Positions 48,413-57,850 are shown, numbered from the stretch's first letter. The stretch is 64,000 bases of DNA from an uncultured Clostridium sp. (GCA_946545035.1 CAMNND010000001.1:34809-98808), one strand, 5' to 3'. Notes: a model not told the origin generated them from the letters alone. Numbers and translations: made by a program.

Positions 48413-48664
48413 CTATCAATCTGGTTTTGTATTATAAAAAATAATATTATGAGACTCTTCATATTCTTTTATTTTTAATTTCAATGTATCTATTTTATCT
48501 TGTGTAGATTTTAATTGTCGATTTAAATTATTAATTTCTCATTCTAATTCAAATTTTGTTCTTTTATATATATCTAGCATAGTTAAATTTTGACAATGTT
48601 GCATTGCATCAGATAATTCTTCAGAAGATTTACATTGTCGTGTATCAAAACCATAAGAAGACAT
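48413..48664 (-). CDS. Small coiled-coil ORF (~83 aa) translationally coupled to the RecJ-like gene (TAATG), with 2 in-frame TGA (one as penultimate codon before TAG)
   Basis: Hand translation: ATG shares one nt with the upstream TAA. Open to TAG ~48413 if TGA is sense. Would be a 40-aa peptide in the standard code. Confidence 0.35.
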
Positions 48665-50439
48665 TAAAATACCCATTTCTCATTGATATAAAAATCTTCA
48701 ATAATAAGTTGTGCAGTCACATTTCCATTCCACTCATTTCTCGAGCAACGACACACCGCAGTAAGATACATATTAGGTCTAGTAAATTGTTCAAATTCTT
48801 CTTGTGAAGATTTAAACTTCATAATATCTACACCATTTGATAAATGTATCTTCAGTGTAGGGTGCTTATCTGGTGAAAGAAGTTGGACAGAAGTTAAAGG
48901 AATATCTTTAATTGCAATATATGGTTCAGGCAATCCTTGTCCCCAAGTAGATTTATTCTGCGCAATCATTAGAATTTTTTGAGGATCAATATCTTTATTA
49001 AACCACTCAAAATCAACCCAGTATACAGGCTCCTGCGCGGCCTCACTATAGACTGCATTTGTCTTTTGAATAAAATCATCTAGTTTAGACTCAGGTATAG
49101 AAATTCCGAAAGCTGAACTATGGCCCTGTGCATACTCTACGTCACCAGTATTTTCACAGAGCTGCCGCATATCCTCTATTTCTGACATGGAATAATTTCT
49201 GGCACTTCCTCTATAAAAATACTCTTTATCGTCTTTCCCCTTTGATCTTGTGAGGACAAGACATGGGTGCTGATATTTCGCTTGAATCTTATTGGCGACC
49301 AAACCTGCGAGATTTTTTTCCACTTCTCCGGGTTCGCAGCAACAGACAATAATACCATTTTCTGTCAATCGTTCAGATTGAATTCGCTGTTCGAGCAAAT
49401 CCATTGCAGCATCTTGGAGCTTTGTTTGTCGAGCTTTGACGTTAGCTGCAATTCTAACTGCTTCTTCAACTCTTGGTACAAGTTCTCCTTTATGACCACG
49501 TTTACCACTCTCAATCTTATCAAAAGCATAGAATTTTAACATCGATTTAAAAATTAAATCTTTCTCTTCCATAGTGCCAGAACGTACAATAGCATTAATA
49601 AATGGAGTTACATAAAAAGCCATTGACATATAATTAATTCCGCCCATTTTATCAATACTAAATTTATTTTTTTCACACATATAATAGAAGAATGGATTTT
49701 TAATATTCTGTAAGCCCATATCAATAATAGCTTTAGTTTCTATACTACGATAATCCATCATATCAGACAAGTTTCCAAGAGCTGCTAAATCTAAATATTG
49801 ATTAGCATAATCAAAATTAAAAAATAAATCAAAAGCTTTACAAATTTGCCAAGTAACGCCAGCTCCAGATAAATCTTTATTAGGATAATCACAAATTTGA
49901 TTATTAATAATAATACTTTGATCTGTATCAAGCCAATTATCAGATTCATGATGATCCATACATAAAATAAATTTATCCGCATCAATTAAACGTTGCATTT
50001 GTTCAACATCGTTAGTTCCTGCGTCTGGAATAATGATAAACTTTGTTTTTTCATCTTCAAGTAATTTTTCAACGGTATCTTCAAGACCATGTTGTTTTCC
50101 ATCATGTAAAATATATTTTAAATTTGGAATAATTTCTTCTTTAGAAAATTTATAACTATATAAATCATACATATAATTTAAAAAAATAGCTGCACTTGTA
50201 AACCCATCTGCATCTGCATCTACTACTACAGTTAAAGGTATATTGCAATACATAGCATGAGCCATTACTTGCATTATCTCAGCCACTTTCTTTTTACCAA
50301 AAGCAAATGGTGAATTTAAATCACTCCAAAAAGAGGCATTAATCCATTTATCTTGATCTTCTTTTGTCTTTATTCCACGATTATATAATATTTGCCGCAT
50401 CGTTCCTAACGTAGGTTCATTAAATAGTTTATAAATCAA
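48664..50439 (-). CDS. RecJ-like DHH-family phosphoesterase/ssDNA exonuclease (591 aa; DADADGFTSAAIF and CMDHHES motifs)
   Basis: Track ORF (TTG start with RBS aagggag). DHH motifs recognised. TGA-free. Confidence 0.5.
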   Translation of the reverse strand: MIYKLFNEPTLGTMRQILYNRGIKTKEDQDKWINASFWSDLNSPFAFGKKKVAEIMQVMAHAMYCNIPLTVVVDADADGFTSAAIFLNYMYDLYSYKFSKEEIIPNLKYILHDGKQHGLEDTVEKLLEDEKTKFIIIPDAGTNDVEQMQRLIDADKFILCMDHHESDNWLDTDQSIIINNQICDYPNKDLSGAGVTWQICKAFDLFFNFDYANQYLDLAALGNLSDMMDYRSIETKAIIDMGLQNIKNPFFYYMCEKNKFSIDKMGGINYMSMAFYVTPFINAIVRSGTMEEKDLIFKSMLKFYAFDKIESGKRGHKGELVPRVEEAVRIAANVKARQTKLQDAAMDLLEQRIQSERLTENGIIVCCCEPGEVEKNLAGLVANKIQAKYQHPCLVLTRSKGKDDKEYFYRGSARNYSMSEIEDMRQLCENTGDVEYAQGHSSAFGISIPESKLDDFIQKTNAVYSEAAQEPVYWVDFEWFNKDIDPQKILMIAQNKSTWGQGLPEPYIAIKDIPLTSVQLLSPDKHPTLKIHLSNGVDIMKFKSSQEEFEQFTRPNMYLTAVCRCSRNEWNGNVTAQLIIEDFYINEKWVF

Positions 50440-50614
50440 TGTTATTACTCCCTTGCTTTAAATCATTTACAAAAACATCCTTGCCATCTTCATAGAAAAA
50501 GACGATCTATTAAAGGTATATCTTTTACTAAACATTTTCAAAAACCACAACAACTTGGTTCAATTCATTTATGAAATTTACAATATCTGCATCGAGGATG
50601 TTTTTTCCTATAAG

Positions 50615-51682
50615 CTAAGATATGATTCTGTGTCTCCATAGATAGAGGAAAGCCTCCTTCCCGCAATCCATTGGACTATTTTTATATCCAAGTAAATTAT
50701 ATTGATCAAACAATACACTCACAGAAACTTCTGCACTTAATTTTGTATATAGCCTATCAATCTTTTTAATATTTTCGTCATATTCTTTTCCATACATTTC
50801 TTGAAAATCTTTATCAAATCCTAATACAATTTCTTTGACACCCGCATCCAAGAGAAGTTGAAATTGATAACGAGAAATACTACTACCGCAAACTGCGACA
50901 CAAATATTATTCTTTGTTCCAAAGTAAGATTGATATTGCATTACAGATTTTTCTGATTCTACTACAATTGCAAGTTGCATAGATTTAATATTTTCTTTAG
51001 TTCTATCAAATCCATATAAATTAAAAGCCAAAGGATGATTACATAATTGACCTTGAAATCTTGCGGGCCTATATTTACCATAGATTTCATTCTCTTGGAC
51101 TAAAGTTCTTTGTCTAATTCCAACTAATCTATGGTCTGCGTCATAATGCGGAATTAGTACCGCACCATTTACTGGATCATATTTAATCCCCATATATTTC
51201 ATAATTTCTGGAGAAATACCTTCTGCTTCCCAGTTTAAAATTCTAGGTTGCGGATAATGCTCAATATAATTAGGACATTCAGGCAGAATAACCTTTTCTT
51301 GAGATCGAGGTTTGATTTCTAGTAATCTTTTATTTGCAGTTAATATTCTTAAATCTTCAATATCAAAATCTAAATCGTCTGATAATTGACTTTGTAGATT
51401 AAAAAAATTAACTACAAAGTAAATTGCTTGATTTAAATCATCTATTTGTTGAACCTTTTGAACTAATTCAAATACATCAAAGGTTCCGCAACTACCTGTA
51501 AAACATTTAAATAATTGAGTATTTTCATAATAATATAGCTTATGACTATCGCCACCATGACAAACAGTTCTTGCGATAATATAATCGTTAAACATTTGAG
51601 GCTCGGCATCAAAGTAATCTAATAAATTATATATATCATCTAATTCTATTTTTTCTTTTACATCATCTTTATTATAACTCAT
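50615..51682 (-). CDS. DnaG-type DNA primase (355 aa; CHC2 zinc finger CHGGDSHKLYYY..FKCFTGSCG)
   Basis: Track ORF. Zinc-binding motif characteristic of bacterial/phage primases. TGA-free. Confidence 0.55.
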   Translation of the reverse strand: MSYNKDDVKEKIELDDIYNLLDYFDAEPQMFNDYIIARTVCHGGDSHKLYYYENTQLFKCFTGSCGTFDVFELVQKVQQIDDLNQAIYFVVNFFNLQSQLSDDLDFDIEDLRILTANKRLLEIKPRSQEKVILPECPNYIEHYPQPRILNWEAEGISPEIMKYMGIKYDPVNGAVLIPHYDADHRLVGIRQRTLVQENEIYGKYRPARFQGQLCNHPLAFNLYGFDRTKENIKSMQLAIVVESEKSVMQYQSYFGTKNNICVAVCGSSISRYQFQLLLDAGVKEIVLGFDKDFQEMYGKEYDENIKKIDRLYTKLSAEVSVSVLFDQYNLLGYKNSPMDCGKEAFLYLWRHRIIS

Positions 51683-51694
51683 GCCGACCCTCCT

Positions 51695-53206
51695 TTATGT
51701 TCTCATTGAAATATTCAATTCACCTATTGGAACTAATTCATAATTATATGTTGTACAAAATACTCCGTCAAAACGACACGTTCCTTTATTTGCATACATC
51801 CAAATATAACATCTATTATACATTCCTCTACGATTTTTGTAAATAGAAAGTTTTACATTCGGCATTCGCATACCATCATTAACAACATTTGCTAATTTTT
51901 CTCTATCTTCGTCTGTTGTATCAAGAAGAATCATTCCCATATCAATTTTATCCGCAATTGATTTTGCTCCTCGCAACAAATTCTGATCTGGTATATCTGA
52001 CGTTTTCCAATCTTGATTTAACTGAGTTGAAGATAAAATAAAAACATTATATTGAGTTGCAATCTCTTTTAATTTAACACTCAAAAGAAACAACACATTA
52101 TCTTCTCGTAATCTTACTCCACCAGAACGACGAGTAATTTCTTCAAGAATTTTCATTGAAGTATGAATATAATCTAAGAATACATATTGAACTTCATACA
52201 TGCGGATACTACGTTTAATTGAATTCTCAATATCTTTTAGATTAAAATCTGGAATAACTTCAACATATAATGGGCTTTGCTTAATAATTTCAATTGCTTC
52301 TTGAGCTCGCTGTTGTTCCTCAAAACTCATTATATTATTAAGAATATATTCTTCATCAATATCAGCTAAAAATGAAACCATCATTGTTTGAATTTCTTCA
52401 AGTTCCAACTCTGTACTAATAAAAAATGCAGGAAAAGCTAATCCATTATCTTGCCATTCTCCATTTTTCCAAATTTTACTACATCCGCAATTACAAAAAT
52501 CTGCAATCATTGAACGAGTTTTACCTACACCAGTCGCCGCAGATCTAAGATAAAATTTTCCTAAACGCATACCTCTTGTTACTGTATTAACTAAATCTCC
52601 ATACATCGGCTGACCTACATCTGGAGTTTCAGCTAATGATGCAAATAATTCATCAATACCTGCGGACGCTGAAATACTATCATCTGTTGAATTATCTACA
52701 TATTCTGCCCGCACATGTGCGATCTTATTATCTATTTGATCTGCAATTTCATCAAGACTAAGACTATTAAGATATGCTATCTTTGTTTCTCTCTTGGACT
52801 GATCTAATTCATCTGGGTCATAAATCCAAGAAACATCAATACCTATTTTATTATATTCTCTTAACAAAGTAAACTTTTTTGTTTGAGCATAATAATAATC
52901 AAAATTACTTCTATCTGCTTGTTCTGCGGCAGTTAATAAAAATCTTGCTCCATCATTTGCTTTATAAGTTGCATAAGCATGCGGCCGAGATTGTAAATAA
53001 TTCTCAATAGATTGAACTGTAACTTGCCGCACACCCATTGTATGCATATTAGATAAAGATGCAAAAATAATTTGATGAAATTCTTTTACAAAATCCGCAG
53101 TTGTTAAAAAATATTTACCTTCATCATCTAGAATTGTAATATCATCGATAAGACAACCCAATAATTGAACTAGAGAAGGTGTATCCGCATAACGTGAACT
53201 ATCCAA
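51695..53206 (-). CDS. DnaB-family replicative helicase (503 aa; Walker A SAATGVGKT)
   Basis: Track ORF. Size, P-loop and the context next to the primase fit DnaB. TGA-free. Confidence 0.55.
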   Translation of the reverse strand: MDSSRYADTPSLVQLLGCLIDDITILDDEGKYFLTTADFVKEFHQIIFASLSNMHTMGVRQVTVQSIENYLQSRPHAYATYKANDGARFLLTAAEQADRSNFDYYYAQTKKFTLLREYNKIGIDVSWIYDPDELDQSKRETKIAYLNSLSLDEIADQIDNKIAHVRAEYVDNSTDDSISASAGIDELFASLAETPDVGQPMYGDLVNTVTRGMRLGKFYLRSAATGVGKTRSMIADFCNCGCSKIWKNGEWQDNGLAFPAFFISTELELEEIQTMMVSFLADIDEEYILNNIMSFEEQQRAQEAIEIIKQSPLYVEVIPDFNLKDIENSIKRSIRMYEVQYVFLDYIHTSMKILEEITRRSGGVRLREDNVLFLLSVKLKEIATQYNVFILSSTQLNQDWKTSDIPDQNLLRGAKSIADKIDMGMILLDTTDEDREKLANVVNDGMRMPNVKLSIYKNRRGMYNRCYIWMYANKGTCRFDGVFCTTYNYELVPIGELNISMRT

Positions 53207-53216
53207 ATGATACCTC

Positions 53217-53690
53217 CTAATCTAATTCATAAAATTTAACATGACGAGGTTTTGTAATTGGTGTTGCTTTACCAATTACGTTCTTAGTTTCTATAATAAA
53301 ATCTTTAATATTTTTCCCTTTATTTAACTCAGCATTTGCACTTTGTTGTTGAGCATATTTTAAATATTCTGCATATACATATGGTACAATTCCAATACCA
53401 CCATTTGCCTGAGATGTATCAGAATGTTTTACTTCATACCAATATATCAATGTTTTATAAATTGAATTAATTGTCATTCCTTCTTTAGAAACAAAATTCT
53501 TAATTTGAGACTCAACTTTTGTTTTTGAATATCCCATACCCAAAACATGCTGCATTAATTGATGAATTTGTTCTACTGAATCTACACAACTTTTGTGTGC
53601 ATATCTGCGGCCGATCTGAACAAATTCTGTATCTTCTCTTTGAAAGGACTGGCCGCAATATGGACATTTTACAGGTGCAAGTTTTGCCAT
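53217..53690 (-). CDS. Zinc-ribbon protein (157 aa; CPYCGQ...HKSC) of unknown replication-associated function
   Basis: Track ORF with RBS aaaggag. A consensus promoter lies immediately upstream. Confidence 0.45.
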   Translation of the reverse strand: MAKLAPVKCPYCGQSFQREDTEFVQIGRRYAHKSCVDSVEQIHQLMQHVLGMGYSKTKVESQIKNFVSKEGMTINSIYKTLIYWYEVKHSDTSQANGGIGIVPYVYAEYLKYAQQQSANAELNKGKNIKDFIIETKNVIGKATPITKPRHVKFYELD

Positions 53691-53722
53691 TAAACTCCTT
53701 TCATCGATATTTTTATCAATTA

Positions 53723-53752
53723 ATTATAACATATATTTCTGTTTTTGTCAAA
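53723..53752 (-). promoter_or_regulatory. Sigma70-type promoter on - strand (TTGACA-18-TATAAT) immediately downstream of the tRNA, driving 53690->
   Basis: - strand reads TTGACAaaaacagaaatatatgtTATAATtaattgat...aaaggagtttaATG. Confidence 0.55.
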
Positions 53753-53792
53753 TAAAAAAGCCGCCCTCAGAAAGAGAACGGCTGGAATTATC

Positions 53793-53883
53793 TGGCGGGG
53801 CAACGGAGTTCCGACCTCCATACTCCTTTCAGAGTACGATTCGCTTAGCAGGCGATCCTAGTTCCCTACTAGTTGTCTGCCCC
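53793..53883 (-). tRNA. Phage-encoded type-II (long variable arm) tRNA, 91 nt with encoded CCA, best read as tRNA-Ser(GCU). Acceptor GGGGCAG/TTGCCCC (G7-U66 wobble), discriminator G, anticodon loop CUGCUAA, variable arm hairpin with GAAA loop, T-arm TGGAG-GTCGGAA-CTCCG. D-region is atypical (4 nt between acceptor and the CTAG/CTAG D-stem).
   Basis: The only GC-rich intergenic island in the early block. Hand-folded cloverleaf. Not confirmed with tRNAscan. Anticodon is GCU, so it is not a UGA suppressor. Confidence 0.55.
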
Positions 53884-53884
53884 T

Positions 53885-54106
53885 CTAAAAATTAAAAGTT
53901 ATTTGAATAAAAGTTCCATTAATATCTTGATAATTAGCAACTACATATAATCCCTTTTGATCTTCTGTAGATTGAGATGTATCGTAATTAAGATACCAAT
54001 GATCGAATTCTAAATTATGATCTATAAGAAAATCATTAATTTCATCTATAGTTTTACAATTCTTGATCTGAGCAAGCTCATTGCCAATATTCATTCTATA
54101 GCCCAT
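53885..54106 (-). CDS. Hypothetical protein (73 aa)
   Basis: Track ORF. TAG stop abuts the tRNA 5' end. Confidence 0.4.
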   Translation of the reverse strand: MGYRMNIGNELAQIKNCKTIDEINDFLIDHNLEFDHWYLNYDTSQSTEDQKGLYVVANYQDINGTFIQITFNF

Positions 54107-55100
54107 TACCTACAGCTTCCGTGAGTTCATCTACAATAAGGACAAGCTGTTCAACTTGATCACGGGACATTTCAGATACCTTTTTGCCTTTACCGAGATA
54201 CTTATCAGTAATAGCTACAATGCGAGGTGCCCATGTCGTACCAAATGCACCACCAGTTGCATTCTGAATCTTAGAAACTAGCTCATTAAATTGATTCATA
54301 AGTGCGTCAAAATCAAGTTCTGGTTCACTAATATGTGCTTGAGTAGGTGCATCAGTTACATATTTTCCGCCAAAATCTTTTGCTTGCTTATCGATTGCAT
54401 CGCCAATTGCATTAACGAGGTTATCATAACTAAACTCGATGCTATCAGGGGTGTATTTGAATCGAGAGCCAGCCACAAAACGAGGGGTACCGCGCATAAA
54501 TAGAGTGGTATGGACAGTTCCATCTTCTTCTTGGAATGGGTGCGCATACCCAATAATATCACTCATGCGGTCAACCACAAGACGAGGTTGATTTGCCAAA
54601 GTAGGTACAATTTGCTGATACTCCTCTCCATTTTCATCCTTAAAAATCTTATCTTGTGCGTGAGAAATCATTACAAGACCATATCCCATCTTAGGAATTT
54701 CTCGGAGAGCTTCATCAAATTCTTTTTTAGCTAGAGCATAACCCTTACCATAGGCAAGGTCACCTACGGTTGACACACCATTTTGATTACAAATATATTT
54801 CTCACAAAGATCGTATGCAATATCTACAGTATCAACAATGATATTCTTAAATTGCTGATGTGCTTGATCAGAATTAAGCTGGCGTAGAATTTGTTTAAAC
54901 TCAGACCACTTACTAACTGGTTGAGCTATTACACCAGGAATTGCAAGATAACCTATCTCAAAAGCACAAAGAAGTGCTTGTGGAAACTGTGCTGCTGTAG
55001 TAGTCTTGCCAGTCTTAGGTTGACCATATAGAAGCACAGTATATCCACAGAGGTCGCGACTGACCTCATGTGGTTTAATTGAAAAAATGTCAATCGCCAT
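54096..55100 (-). CDS. AAA_24/Sak4-like RecA-fold ATPase (334 aa; Walker A GQPKTGKTT), putative recombination mediator
   Basis: Track ORF. P-loop at residues ~26-33. Adjacent to the SSB-like gene, as in phage Sak4-SSB modules. Confidence 0.45.
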   Translation of the reverse strand: MAIDIFSIKPHEVSRDLCGYTVLLYGQPKTGKTTTAAQFPQALLCAFEIGYLAIPGVIAQPVSKWSEFKQILRQLNSDQAHQQFKNIIVDTVDIAYDLCEKYICNQNGVSTVGDLAYGKGYALAKKEFDEALREIPKMGYGLVMISHAQDKIFKDENGEEYQQIVPTLANQPRLVVDRMSDIIGYAHPFQEEDGTVHTTLFMRGTPRFVAGSRFKYTPDSIEFSYDNLVNAIGDAIDKQAKDFGGKYVTDAPTQAHISEPELDFDALMNQFNELVSKIQNATGGAFGTTWAPRIVAITDKYLGKGKKVSEMSRDQVEQLVLIVDELTEAVGNGL

Positions 55101-55110
55101 TTAGAACCTC

Positions 55111-56079
55111 CTAGAATTTAAAATTAGTTGCAGAAGTGGGTGAAGAAGAGCTAGGTGCAAAAGGTAGATCATCATTAGTGCTCTTAGTTGCAGACGCGGG
55201 AAAACCGCTCTGGCCTGCTGAAGAACTATTACGAGCTTCCGCACGAGTTTTAGCTTCAGCCTTTTGCTGTTCACGATTCTGTAGACCCTGTTTAAACTCT
55301 GCTACAGTAATTGTAGACTCATCGTCCCAAGGATAGGGCTCAGGAGAACAACCCTCCATTTGCCACATACGAAGAGTACGAGTTGTATACTCAACCTGCG
55401 GAGCTCCCCAAGCAGTCTCTACCTGACGTTCAATCTTTTGAGTTGAAGATACAATCTTACCCCAAACATAAACTAGATAAGGCGTATTAACAGAAATATC
55501 AAGACTGTCAAAATACTTAATACCGCCTTCATCAGTTAGAGAATAAGTTACAGGAATAAGATCACCACGGAAGTTGAATACATAACCATTAATGTTCATG
55601 TAATCATTACCATTTTCAACTTCAATTAGGTTTGTCCCAGTAATGAGCATATCAGTCTCAAAATTATTGCGCTTCTCACGGAAACCGTCGTTGGCATAAT
55701 GAGTAAATCCACCACGAATTTGCTTAGACTCAACCATATTACCATCGCGACCCATGAAATCATTTACTTCAACATCACCTTGAATACGAAGCTTAGTTGC
55801 CTTATCCTTACCATCTTTCTCCCAAGTGGTACCACCATCAATAAGAGCCTTTAGAATTGTATAAGTCTCATTCTCCTTACCACTCTTCCAGAAAGGTACG
55901 ACATAAGTATAACGAACACTTACAATATTAATTCCATCCTCGTCAGTTGCAATGTTTACAGTACCATTAATATACTCCTGACCAGGATTCTTACTATTTG
56001 GACCTGCTACATTTGCAAAGAGACTAAAATTATAAACATAACCCTCTACATATACAACATTTTTCCAATTATTACGCAT
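55111..56079 (-). CDS. Putative ssDNA-binding protein (322 aa) with SSB-like acidic DDLPF motif near the C-terminus
   Basis: Track ORF. The motif is not at the extreme C-terminus, so the assignment is tentative. Confidence 0.3.
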   Translation of the reverse strand: MRNNWKNVVYVEGYVYNFSLFANVAGPNSKNPGQEYINGTVNIATDEDGINIVSVRYTYVVPFWKSGKENETYTILKALIDGGTTWEKDGKDKATKLRIQGDVEVNDFMGRDGNMVESKQIRGGFTHYANDGFREKRNNFETDMLITGTNLIEVENGNDYMNINGYVFNFRGDLIPVTYSLTDEGGIKYFDSLDISVNTPYLVYVWGKIVSSTQKIERQVETAWGAPQVEYTTRTLRMWQMEGCSPEPYPWDDESTITVAEFKQGLQNREQQKAEAKTRAEARNSSSAGQSGFPASATKSTNDDLPFAPSSSSPTSATNFKF

Positions 56080-56119
56080 ATAAATTCCTCTTTCAATTGT
56101 CTCTTTTTCTTACATATAT

Positions 56120-56148
56120 ATTATATAATATATTTTATTGTTCGTCAA
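56120..56148 (-). promoter_or_regulatory. Sigma70-type promoter on - strand (TTGACG-17-TATAAT) overlapping the 3' end of the ThyX-like gene, driving the SSB/Sak4 unit
   Basis: - strand reads GTTGACGaacaataaaatatattaTATAAT. Confidence 0.5.
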
Positions 56149-56808
56149 CTGCATTTTCTTGAGCTAGGTTAGGAAATTCTCCAGTAATCCATTCTTGCAT
56201 TGGAAGCGTATGAACCCAATTAACAAAGTCTTCACGCCAGCCTGAGAGACGATGATTCTTACGTTGATTATACATGGTACGAAGAACTTGATAATTAAGA
56301 CTTACCATACGAGTCTGGAGAAAACCTTCAGGAAGCATAGCTTTAATCTTCTCAAAATATTGTTCTTTAATATCTCCTGGTTCAAGAGTTTTATATAATG
56401 CAATTAATTCATTAATAACATTTATATAATTATGCATAGCTTCATTTGCCATTTCATCTTCACCAAAAGTGAAATAAAAATCTTCTGGCTTAACACCATC
56501 ACGCATTAGAGTGTGCATAGTAGATTGACTATTAGCAGTAGTACCAATCTTATAAGTATCCCATTCACTCCACCAGAAACGTGGTGCAGTAATATTTACC
56601 CACACACCAATCTGACGAAGAAACTTAGCATGTTCTGGACTACCAGCTTCACAAAGACGCTTAGCTAGATTATAGTCATTAATGCCAATATGGAGATTAC
56701 CATCTTCATCATACCCAGTATCAGCTTTGTCATATGATTTAAGAGGATGACGCATACCTGCGATAGCAGGAGCAAACCCCGCAATTTCTACTGTTTGAAA
56801 ATTAATCA
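56135..56808 (-). CDS. ThyX(Thy1)-family-like protein (~224 aa from ATG 56808) lacking the canonical RHRxxS catalytic motif (has APRFWWSEWDTYKIGTTANSQS instead)
   Basis: Track ORF 56135-56860. A better start is ATG 56808 with RBS aaaggggaaca, overlapping ATGATTAA with the upstream stop. Resemblance to ThyX helices (..[21 protein letters not shown].. / ..TRFFW..NARSL.NFL.LR) recalled from memory. Confidence 0.35.
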
Positions 56809-57785
56809 TTGTTCCCCTTTGTTTGATTATATCCAATAGCATTTGAATTGTATAATTCAATAAAATATTTTTCTTTTTCGTTTAATTGACTAGCATCACA
56901 TTCCAAGAGAAGTTCAAAAGAAAAAGAATCTAATCCATATTCTTGCATTGCAGCATATAATTGATTTCCTTGCGGCGTATCAATACCTAATCCTGCTTTA
57001 CAATGATCCATTCATCTGCGGCGAACATCTACAGCTTGACCTATATAACATTCACCTGTCTCTTGATTCGTAATTTTATAAATGCCGCACACATCAGTTT
57101 TACCTAAGATCTTAGGAAATTTTTTCTTAGCAATAGGTGTATAATAAGCTTGTCATATTGCCATTAAGATTGATCTAGGTTTTGCAATTTTTTTAGCAAC
57201 TTCTCGCAATATTTCTACATCATTAGCTTCTTCTCTTGGAAGAATAAGACAATAATCATCTTTAGTTTCTTGAATTTCTTTTTCTCTTTTAGCTGCTTCA
57301 ATTGCGGCCGCACGAGTTGCTTTTAAAGATTCCAACTGTTCTTTTTCAGTTTGAATATATTCTGTTAAAGTCTTTAATGTTATTGCATAATATTCTTCTG
57401 AATCTTTAAAATCTTTTTTTAATTCTAAAAGTTTCTTTTGATATACAGCATCAGCTTTTTCATTTGCCAATTGCTCAGATTGAGCAATAAATTCTTGAGC
57501 TTGTTTATTAGATTCTTCGATAAGCTCTTTTTCTTTTTTAATAGAAAATAATTGATCTTGCATAGAATTAATTTCATTTGAATAGTCTGTAATTTTATTT
57601 ACAAGACTTTCATGAATACCGTTTAAAGTATTAATATCTTTTTTTAATAACTCTCGCTCTTCTCAAAATTTTTGATTGCTATCTTGTATTGGCTTAACTG
57701 TGCGGCAACCTAGTGTATAACAAAATCAAGCAAGAATTATATCTATAATAAATATAGTAATAGGAATTATTATATTTCAATTCAT
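56802..57785 (-). CDS. TGA-recoded 327-aa ORF: N-terminal TM anchor (IIIPITIFIIDIILAWFCYTLG), central coiled coil, C-terminal GIY-YIG nuclease domain (GIYKITNQETGECYIGQAVDVRRR-W(TGA)-MDH...GYN). 5 in-frame TGA; it would be split into 3 fragments in the standard code.
   Basis: Track ORFs 57153-57563 and 56802-57011 plus 74 upstream codons form one frame with no TAA/TAG over 327 codons. A TGA sits at the conserved RW position of the GIY-YIG motif (cf. I-TevI FEKRWKRH). Confidence 0.5.
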
Positions 57786-57789
57786 AATA

Positions 57790-57828
57790 AAATAGCGGAG
57801 ATAAGATTAATCCTACCTCCGCTCTCCT
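57790..57828 (-). terminator. Rho-independent terminator on - strand after the regulator gene (AGCGGAGGTAGGATT-AATCTTATCTCCGCT then ATTTTATT)
   Basis: Long imperfect hairpin + U-run, read on the - strand. Confidence 0.5.
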
Positions 57829-57850
57829 TTTATCTCTTTATATAATTTAT

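Noticed and set aside
53793-53883. The tRNA as the UGA suppressor responsible for the recoding
   Set aside because: The anticodon loop reads CUGCUAA (anticodon GCU, Ser). No UCA anticodon can be placed in a 7-nt loop on either strand of this island.
57153-57563. Calling 57153-57563 a stand-alone 136-aa coiled-coil gene terminated by TGA, with 56802-57011 as a separate truncated GIY-YIG ORF
   Set aside because: That would make it the only TGA-terminated gene in the window. The frame is open 74 codons upstream and continues downstream into a GIY-YIG domain whose conserved Trp is the TGA. A single recoded ORF is far more parsimonious.
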